A stretch of 64,000 nt of DNA, taken from the NCBI GenBank assembly GCA_002269645.1, contig NIVC01000010.1, positions 1,984,001-2,048,000 on the forward strand, given 5' to 3'. The translations under genes and the position numbers were made by a program. The notes under the pieces were generated by a model. It was given only the letters and a program-made list of their open reading frames with translations, was not told where the DNA came from and did not search any database. Origin of the DNA: Macrostomum lignano. Its lineage: Eukaryota. Positions 36,701 through 46,111 of the stretch are shown here, piece by piece (the first letter of the stretch is position 1; the number at the start of each line of letters is the position of its first letter).

Positions 36701-39700
36701 TCAACAGGCGCTCCCATCGGCATACCCTGCGGCTGTTGCTGTGGCTGCCATTGATCAGCTGTTCTTATTGGGATTTCGTGCAATCCATCGTCTGAAAAGC
36801 TGGCTGTAGTGTCACCCAACCTTTGTCGAGAATGTACATCCGTGCGTTCACCTATGGCTGCTCGTCGAGTGAGTCTGCGTACCTTCTCCATCAGAGGCTG
36901 CAGTTCGTGTTGTAAATTAGCAGCCTCCGGTAGGTCAGCCAATCGGTCCAGATCGGCCTCCAGGTCGAGTAGGCCATCTCGGACGTGGGCCTGATTAGCC
37001 GAGCGCTCGTCGCGTTCAGCCAAAAGACTTCCAACCTGGCCACTCAGCGAGCGAATCGTGGCGTCCTTCTGACGACTAAAATGAGAGAAAATCGTTTCTT
37101 AAAAACCAAATTGCTAAAGCAATACTTGCACTTCGTACTGAATTTCTAAAAACTGCGCTGCCTAAACTATAAAGCCCTGATAAAGAACTGTATTTTAAGT
37201 AGCTGCAGTTTCAGCTCTGCTTAAACCCTCAACTCAATCATCTAATTATTTAACACGTCAAAACCCTTCAACAATGATAAAATTGACGTAAATCAAGACT
37301 TTGACCCGCAGGACACTTCGCCAGGACCGGGCGCGAACTAGACGACTCACTTACACATACATTAGGGACTACATTCATACTAAAAAACCAATAACGTAAG
37401 CTTGTAAATGTTAAAACTTTAATCAGCTATCTCCCGGCTACCCCCTAAGATGAGGGAGCAACATAGCCGCTGGCGACACCGCGGGGGACCTCCCTGGCCG
37501 GCATTAACACTCAGTCCAAAACGAAGCATCTAACGCTTTAAGGGATAGCTGAAAAATGCAAGCGACTTCCCACTGTACCCATCGCTAAACTCCCTCCAGC
37601 CCAAAAAATCAGGAGAAAAGAGCTAACCCATCAGCAATTAGCTGTTGCATTGAATCTCCAAGTTCGCTACCACCAGCTGAAGAGAGCGCGGCGCCTCGCT
37701 GGCCAGAATCGGGCGTCAACGACCGAGAACGGAAAGCCGCAACACCTTGCCGACGCGCGGCACTTTCTGGCAAATGACGCTGTCTGGCTCCCGGGGCAGA
37801 CGCTTTTCGGTCCTCGTCCATCTCGTCCAGAAGCTCCTGTTGACGTTTAAGAATCGCTTGCGACTCGTCCAGTTGCTGTTTAACGTAGTCAAAACTGCGA
37901 ACTGTTGAGGGCGCCATCGGGATCAGGCGTTTCACTGAAAAGAGATTGTAGGAGTCCTTGGTAAATTTCGTCAAGGTTTAAGGATTTGTGAATTGGTCCG
38001 ATTGGGATGTAGTAACGATCAGTTTTCGTCGGGCAAAATTATATGAGGCAACAAACAAACCTAAATCTGTATTTGATGAGTGAGTTGTTTCGATATGCTC
38101 CAGTTGATTCTCGTTGTCTGTCATCGCTTTTTGATCTTTCTCGACGCTATGTCTGAAATCGATTTAGGAAAGGTAGAATTTTAATTTTTTTAAGAAATCA
38201 AAGATGAGTTCAGTTTTTCGGAAATTTTTTGTGGAAAGTTATTTCCTAAAAGTAAAAAGTCTTTTTAGCAACCAAATACGAGCTATGTAATGCAGATATT
38301 GAGTCGACAACAAAAGTTTGTTTGAACAGAATATTTCATTTAAAGCAGTTGACTTACTCATCACTTGGAGATGCGGTTTGCTCCGTTTGTGAACTTATTG
38401 TATGATCATCCTGCACCCTCTGCAACGAAAACAGTACAGAAAAGTGGAGGCTCAATTGCAGCGTAGAGCCACAGCAATTGCAAACTGCTTCTACTCGTAT
38501 TTGCTCATGCCGATTGATTTCTTCCATTGAAGTAAGTTGCAATTGTGTAACTTTCTTTAGTTACAGAACTCAGGTCTGACTCACCTCTACTGACTGCAGA
38601 GCCTTGTTTAGTTGAGCATTCGCCTTAAATAGATTGTGAAAAGTGTGAAATATGCGCAGTTTCGTATGGAGCTAGCAATATCGACGCAAAGTCACGCATT
38701 CGAGAGCAATTTGAGATGCTGCAACACACAGTTATACAGTTACTGTAATTTCTGAGCGAAACGAGACAGAACACAACTTTAAAAAAATTTTCGTCTGACT
38801 GTCTATCGTATACATTTGGGTGCCTTGCATACACAGACCAGACACACCCAGAATGTATTTGATGGTGGACCAGACCAAACACACCCAGAATGTATGGTGG
38901 ACTAGACCAGACACACCCAGAATGTCTTTGATGGTGGACTAGACCAGACACACCCAGAATGTCTTTGATGGTGGACCAGACCAAACACACCTAGAATGTC
39001 TATGATGGTGGACCAGACCAGACACACCCAGAATGTATGGTGGACTAGACCAGACACACCCAGAATGTATTTGATGGTGGACCAGACCAGACACACCCAG
39101 AATGTATTTGATGGTGGACCAGACCAAACACACCCAGAATGTATGGTGGACTAGACCAGACACACCCAGAATGTCTTTGATGGTGGACTAGACCAGACAC
39201 ACCCAGAATGTCTTTGATGGTGGACCAGACCAAACACACCTAGAATGTCTATGATGGTGGACCAGACCAGACACACCCAGAATGTATGGTGGACTAGACC
39301 AGACACACCCAGAATGTATGGTGGACTAGACCAGACACACCCAGAATGTCTTTGATGGTGGACTAGACCAGACACACCCAGAATGTCTTTGATGGTGGAC
39401 TAGACCAGACACACCCAGAATGTCTTTGATGGTGGACTAGACCAGACACACCCAGAATGTATTTGATGGTGGACCAGACCAAACACACCCAGAATGTCTA
39501 TGATGGTGGACTAGACCAGACACACCCAGAATGTCTTTGATGGTGGACTAGACCAGACACACGGCCAGAATGTCTTTGATGGTGGACTAGACCAGACACA
39601 CCCAGAATGTCTTTGATGGTGGACCAGACCAAACACACCTAGAATGTCTTTGATGGTGGACCAGACCAAACACACCTAGAATGTCTATGATGGTGGACCA

Positions 39701-42700
39701 GACCAGACACACCCAGAATGTCTTTGATGGTGGACCAGATCAGACGCACGGCCAGAATGTCTTTGATGGTGGACTAGACCAGACACACGGCCAGAATGTC
39801 TTTGATGGTGGACTAGACCAGACACACCCAGAATGTCTTTGATGGTGGACTAGACCAGACACACCCAGAATGTCTATGATGGTGGACCAGACTAAACACA
39901 CCCAGAATGTCTTTGATGGTGGACCAGACTAAACACACCCAGAATGTCTATGATGATGGACTAGACCAAAAACACCCAGAATGTCTATGATGGTGGACCA
40001 GACCAAACACATCTGTGTCTATGATAGATCGGGCCAGACCAGAAACACCCATAATGTCTATGATGGTGGAACAGACCAGACACCTAAGTGTCTAAATGTA
40101 AGGAGATGGTGAGCCACATACGACGTATGCTTCAGGTGTCTATGATGATAGAACAGATGCACTCTAAATTGTCTATGATGAAGGGCCAGAAACTAAATAG
40201 CGAGATCAGTTTTGCATCGAAAAAACTTTCTTACACTGAGAAGTTGCCGGTTTTCGTGATCCCGTCGACTGAGCGCATCAGTGAGTTGAGTTACTTGAGC
40301 TTCGCGCAGCGCCAATTGAGTTTCCAGCTGCCTAGCAACAGGCATTAGGCTCGATAGGCGAGCTACCTGGGATTTCACTCTGTTTGGTTCGGAAGAAATA
40401 TATTTGCGATTTCTTTGTGTTAGTCACCTAATCTATGTTGTACGGGCGTATGATTTAAATTTAACTGCCTTTTCATTGGCTAAAGGGCCGTAGACAAAAG
40501 ACGGTGCAGAAAGTACAGCAACGGGGTAGAAGTCACAATAGCCTACGTACATTGGGCATGCAAGAGGTGTAAGAGCCAATAATATTCTACGAGGAAGAGC
40601 CTTAAATGTAACAGATTTACTCGAAAAGATACTCATTTGATTTCATCAACGGCTTACTTATTGTTCAATTCGGCATTCTCGCGTTTTAGTTGAATCAATT
40701 CGATTTCCTGGAAAGTTGCTGCCGGTGGCGGCGTCGGAGGCGCGTCGTGTCGAGGCTTCGACATGGCAAGATTGGGCTTGAAATGAACCAATAGAAATGA
40801 TAAGTGAGTTATAAAAAGTCTGTCTGACAACGGCTTTTGTGCTACTATAGTTTTGTGAGCAGTGCTTTAATGATACATCCATCCCCAGTTATTTGATGGG
40901 GACGTCTTCATTAACCCAAGTTCTTCGATGGGACATCCGCTGCTTACCTATAGTACTTAGGGACATAGTTACCACCTCCAGACCTTTGATGGGACATCGT
41001 TAACAACCAAGTCCTTTTAAATGGATATTTAAACAAATTCTAGTCCACAATACTCAGTTCCAGCACGGTTTAACAACTCACATCAGTCGGATATCGATAA
41101 ACTCTTGTTGGAGTTCTACCAACATTTGAAGCAGAATTGTCATAACCGCTTGACAATGGTGCACCAAGCCGATGCCTTGTAGCGCTCTGATGATCACCGC
41201 CATAGTACGACGGCGAAATTGATCTCGACCTGGCTGCGTAGGCTGAGCGTTGCTGATCGGCAAGGCTATCTGGCGAATAGCTTACCGACGATAATCGCTG
41301 CTCCGTTAGGAATCGGTTGATATCGTTAGACATCGAGTCCAGGTGACTGCGTGTCTGACGCAACGAGTTTAGAGCCGAGCTGACAGTGACAAAATATATC
41401 AATGAGCGAAATGTGCGGTTAAATTTCGGTCGGGGTGTTATGATGCAGCATTGTAACATCAAAGACAATTTCATATAGCATCCAGGTTTTTATATAACAG
41501 GTGAAGTAATTTACGGTTGTAGAAAGTAATGTATGCTTGGTCGGTCTTGAACAGGACGTCTTCCGATTATTATAAGGTGAATTTTCTTTTGGTTAACCAT
41601 ATGAATAAGTATATTGTGGATGTTATTTTCTTCTTGCCTTCAATCATTCTATACAATCGAGTCCTGTCTATTGTCTTTAACCACGAACATCTCTATAATA
41701 CAAATTGTATGTTTCTATGTGTCCAGAAATGAGTATATTCTCAGGATAATTTTCGCTCGAATAATCAACCCGGTCATTTGTTTCTTTAATGCCAGCCAGA
41801 GAAGCACAGAGCACAGAGCAACTATAATGCTCATACATCGTATATAATTTAGTCCAAACACTCGTATACATTCCTAAAGCAAACACGCTCTTGCATGAGC
41901 GCTTACGCTGGTATACGAGCTTACATGTAGCTTTTAGCCTTTCTAGCCCACGCTAAAGTCAAGCTCAAAAGAGAAACAGCAACATACTTGAGCTGTCTTT
42001 GACTTTCTTCTTATCAGTCTGTAGGCAACAAGGTAAAAATGGGTGTCGGTATACTGAAATCTTCGCAATTCGCGAGTTTCTTAGACTTTCTTGCTCAAAA
42101 TTGGTCGGTTATAACTTTCTGCCCTAAAAGTGATAAGGTGCTATGGACGCATATTTTCTGAGTGCTGACTTTTTCAAAAACAATGCAGTCATAAAGATTA
42201 CAGTGAAGCCAAGCCCGTGAATCTCATATGAGATACCGCTGGCATTTTGCGTTGCCAAAGTTTCGCCTTATGAAGACGCACAAACATTCTGTTGCTACAT
42301 GTAACTAAAAAAGGTTTCTAGGTTGACGCAAAGTTTCGAAAAATATGAAATTTTATGACTCAGTCCCGGGCTGTCACCCGTAGGACAATTAATTCCACTT
42401 AGATTAGCGGCAATGAAATAAGATCATTGTGAAAAGCCGTACATGCATTCCATAGAAACTTGCATGATCAAGTGTGAATATCGCGCTATATTGTGCTCGA
42501 TCAAGATGCTGTATTTGGTCGAGCCCTTCATTTGTCCTGAATCAATTGTAATTACCTTCATGTACTTCTGTCACTCATAAAATTCATTGAAATCTGGAAA
42601 GTGAATTTACCTCGAAATACATACACCTATATGTAAACAATCTACATGAGCGACATATAGCTCATCTGATGCATCTGCAAGATCTTCTAAAGTGCCGAAT

Positions 42701-43596
42701 GATTCTCAGGAAAAAACTGGCGAAAAATTTGACAACTTGCTTCAGAGTTTAGGTTCAGATTTTGTTAAAATGCAGGATGGAAAACAGAAAGCGGACAGGG
42801 TACCAGGACTACTCAAGTAACATGTATATAGGACGCAACACTCGAAGTCTATGGTAAATGTTTTGAAGGCAACTTTTCGCCGAAAAATACTTTACAGAGA
42901 TAGCTGAGGTTTTAATTTTTTCAGCACGAAAATTGTTATTGCTTTTGGTAGGAGGCAGATCCAGTTCATCCTTTGATATGTTGTGCCTTTCTTATTGCTC
43001 TATCGATATTCATAAATCTTTTCGTTCTGAAATAGTTTTAAAGGCAGGTTTCACCGGAAAAATACACTACGGAGATAGGAAATTCACGATTTTCAACACT
43101 AAAACAGTGATTGGGTCTCCTAACAGTGTCAGAGAAAGTTCTAATCACACTATTTTGTGCCTCACATGCTGCTCTAACGACGTATTAATCGATTTTTCAT
43201 GTTAAGTTGGTCTGTCACTTGAAAAAACGTTTAAAATAATGACAAGACCATTATTTAGAAGAAATGTCATGGAACGACAACTTCTGGGAAAGAAAGCCGT
43301 TTGATGGCATGTGCTGTGCTGTACTACCAGGCACCCTCACATCAGAAATTTACATGGCTAATTAAAAGTGAGCATCAAGTACAATTATAGTACAGCTATA
43401 CATTCCTTATTTATTTATATTATTCTAGTAATTCGTACCTCACGCCAGGATCATTTCGATTGTCAAGCTGTTGGAGTTGCAGCCGGCTAGACGCAGAAGA
43501 GTGCCTTGCAGCTCCAACTCGTGCTGATCCGCTGTGCCACAATGGACGCCCGCGCTGAGGCGGTCCACCACTGTAGCTTTCAGCCGAACGTAGCAT
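6649..43596 (-). CDS. Giant (~10,508 aa) low-complexity Ser/Asp/Glu-rich repeat protein with N-terminal coiled coils; 9-exon model; function unknown
   Basis: Proposed coding exons (minus): 43596-43439, 41379-41082, 40776-40658, 40379-40235, 38419-38358, 38152-38061, 37934-37628, 37075-6857, 6775-6649. All introns are GT-AG and all phases are mutually consistent (total 31,527 nt). N-terminal exons encode heptad-like segments (EIELIQLKRENAELNNKVKSQVARL..QLETQLALREAQVTQLTDAL; VKQQLDESQAILKRQQELLDEM). Exon 1 is the least certain. Confidence 0.7.
6857..37075 (-). CDS. Giant single coding exon (30,219 nt, ~10,070 codons) of the repeat protein
   Basis: Uninterrupted ORF in the track (6853-37023, 10056 aa). 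Its 'start' is TTG, and the frame stays open to an acceptor ttttctctcattttag at 37076. The apparent stop lies inside a perfect donor (TTT CT|GTAAGT at 6856), which splices in frame to cttccttcag|G at 6775. Confidence 0.9.
14440..25420 (-). repeat. Coding tandem-repeat array built from 66-nt (22-aa EDESVSPSDTTDQAEAMLPRQL) and 174-nt (58-aa) monomers, with a 1332-nt higher-order repeat
   Basis: The marker ggtagcactcgattc recurs at 20566, 21898, 23230 and 24562 (spacing 1332). Shadow ORFs recur at 546/786/1332 spacing. 546 = 2x174 + 3x66 and 1332 = 5x174 + 7x66. Confidence 0.95.
29900..33750 (-). repeat. Degenerate ~60-nt (20-aa) coding repeat region (consensus roughly S-x-M-L-P-S-D-G-x-Q-P-D-A-T-E / P-S-D-x-H-P-x-D-S-T-x-E-x-S)
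   Basis: Recurring SGMLPSDGRQPDATES-like and PSDRHPADS-like units in the translation; recurring ccgtctgaaggcagcattc on the plus strand. Confidence 0.7.
36324..36748 (-). repeat. 51-nt coding tandem repeat, 8 copies of GMPMGAPVEQQPQQQPQ
   Basis: Unit ctcccatcggcataccctgcggctgttgttggggctgctgttcaacaggcg, near-identical copies. Confidence 0.95.
38834..40180. repeat. Intronic 37-bp minisatellite (ccagacacacccagaatgtctttgatggtggactaga), ~36 copies with 33-bp variants
   Basis: Direct tandem repeats within the intron 40234-38420 of the giant gene; decays towards 40180. Confidence 0.95.
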
Positions 43597-46111
43597 TGGT
43601 TTTATAATACCATTTGTTGTATGTTAGCGCTGTAAAAAATATATAAATAACTCAATATTATTTATTAATCGAAAATTTGTTGCTGAAGAGCTGTGCAGTT
43701 TTACCAAGAGAAGATATTAGAGGTTTATATTTTTTTAGTATTAGAGCTCTGTGGATCCACAGTCCAAATTTGTATTATTAAAAATTAAATTTTCGGGATT
43801 CTTTACGCACTAAAAGTTTTACTATTTTTTTTAAATGGTCGAAATAACATTAATGCAATTTTCGTTTGTCTATTGAAACAAAATTTTTTCATCCCATTTG
43901 TTTTATCGAAAGACTTTTACGTGAATGGAAACAGCGAAAGTTCAATTTATAAAATTTTCGTGGAAATCAAACTGTACTATACTATTATTAGTGTCTTCTG
44001 CATTTGCGTCATGCGGCCATTGATATTTATTTGTGATGAGCTACGACTATGACGGAAGGTTTTTTAGAGATACTTTTTCGAAAAACATAGGTAAATTTTA
44101 AATTCGATGCTGGAATAGACGTTTACTAAAGATCAGGCTTTAATTAGGAAGATAGCCTAATTTTGTAAGCTAATGATATTTTTTGTGAATCATTGTCAGT
44201 AATAAAAATTTCTTATTCAATTTTATTATAATTGTCTTAAGAGTCTTGCTCTGTCTTAAAATATTCAATTGCTAGCAAAGTTATATTAGTTTATGATGTA
44301 TTTACTTGTTTTAAAAACTAAATTTCTTTGGATTAACTTCTGAGCATAAGCCATAAGTCCAAGTATTAGTCTAATATTTTTACTAATAAATATAGATGTA
44401 AGTATAAATCTGGGAATAATTAATATACATCTAAGAAGGAATATCTTATTTTTAATTAGTAGCATTTTTATTGTCTATTAATAGCATTCTTAACTAGTAT
44501 TTAGTGATTTATTATACTAACCTTAAGTTTATTATATGTACCAGGTATTTCTTGGGATAACTTTTTTATTATTAGATTTTTTAGTCTAGGTTTTTTGCTA
44601 GATATATACTTTAGAAGGTCTAAATGTTGTATAATAGCATCCTTATTGGAAAAAAACCTTAAAACATAGCTTATGTTTTTTGCCATTGGGATACAAGATC
44701 ATTTTTTAGTTAGAGGCAGGGGGGGGTTGTATGCACCCTGAGTGCACTTTAAGCGACATAGGCACACAACCAGCAAGAGGCATTACTGCATTCCACTGAC
44801 TCCCCTGAGCAGGCATACAAGCGCGCTGATACGTATGTAGGCACACTCACACAGGAGTGTACAGTGGCCCTAACTTTATTTTATCGTTAGGCATGTACAC
44901 TTCACTGCGCCTTGGGGGGTTGGCTCTCAAGGCCATTAATTGCATGAGCAGAGCCAAGCCGAGATTCCAATCCAGCCCCAAATTAATGTGACTGCACTTG
45001 GAGTTAAGCCTGGGTTGCTGGCACACCAGAGCCTGCACTAGACCACAGGGCTATGGCCCCCTTGATACAAGATCATATGTAAGATATAATTATAGGTTAA
45101 ATTTTTTTAAAGTTTGGATGCTATGGCATCTCTATTACACAAAAATAGACCTAGCTTCAGTAGTTATCTAGCTATTCAACCATCTATTCTTTAGGAGTTA
45201 CTAAGATTAGTAAGATCATGACCTTCTTTATACTATATGTATTTTTCAAGATCTACTTTGTTTTACTTCAATCTCCTTAACATTCTACTTATAAGTTGTA
45301 TTTATAGTATGTTTCTTTTTATTTCACTCTTGAAAAAATAGCTTTAGTCTTGAATATAATTCTCAACATTTATTATAAATACTAGCCTAGACGATCTCTT
45401 TTGAATTACCAAATTGGTCACTCACCAAGTTGTTTTGTTCTTGGCTAAATTATTGTCTGTTTAATTTTAATTTTTTAGTTTTAAACAAGAAACAACTGTG
45501 AATATTTGGTATAAATAATATATATTTAAATAATATATAATATATAATATAATCCTATATATTTAATATAGATTTCATACAAATTTAATTTTAACAAAAT
45601 ATATGCATATTGATGCACATATTCTGCTCATTAATTAAATGTTAAATAACTTTTATTTTTTCAAATGCTTTTTATCAAATGTATAGGATTTAAATTTGTA
45701 TAAAAATATTTATGTTATATATAATAGATAAATCTAATTTTCTCAGTGTTTTATTATTGTATTTTATTAGCAATCTTTTAAGACTTCAAAGTTTCTTTAA
45801 TATTGCTTATAAAAGCCATCTATATGCTATATTTATACTCAAGTCATGCAAATATTGTGTATAGTCTTATTGTATTGGTATTATATTTAGTGGCTTATGA
45901 GAACAGAGCACATACCTGATTTATATTGAAATTATTATCTAGTAATTTTTATATTATTAGCTTTTTGGTTTAGACAATAATTATACCAATAAAAATCTTT
46001 CACTTTTCAGATCGTTTTTATCCAATTCTATGCAATTAAACTCAAGTAGCCATTGAACTATTGGTTGTATTCACTAAGGTAATGTGATTAATTTTGAAGC
46101 ATCTTCTCATC

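Noticed and set aside
37021-37023. Start codon assigned to the 10056-aa ORF
   Set aside because: It is TTG. The frame stays open upstream to a splice acceptor at 37076, so this is an internal exon rather than a start.
38625-39375. MCLVWSTIKDILGVSG-type ORFs; also a possible CRISPR-like array
   Set aside because: A tandem 37-bp minisatellite without unique spacers, inside a eukaryotic intron, with no cas genes. The gatggtgg resemblance to Chi is not meaningful here.
44501-44686. 61-aa AT-rich ORF in the intergenic spacer
   Set aside because: Composition-driven, with no motif and no splice context.
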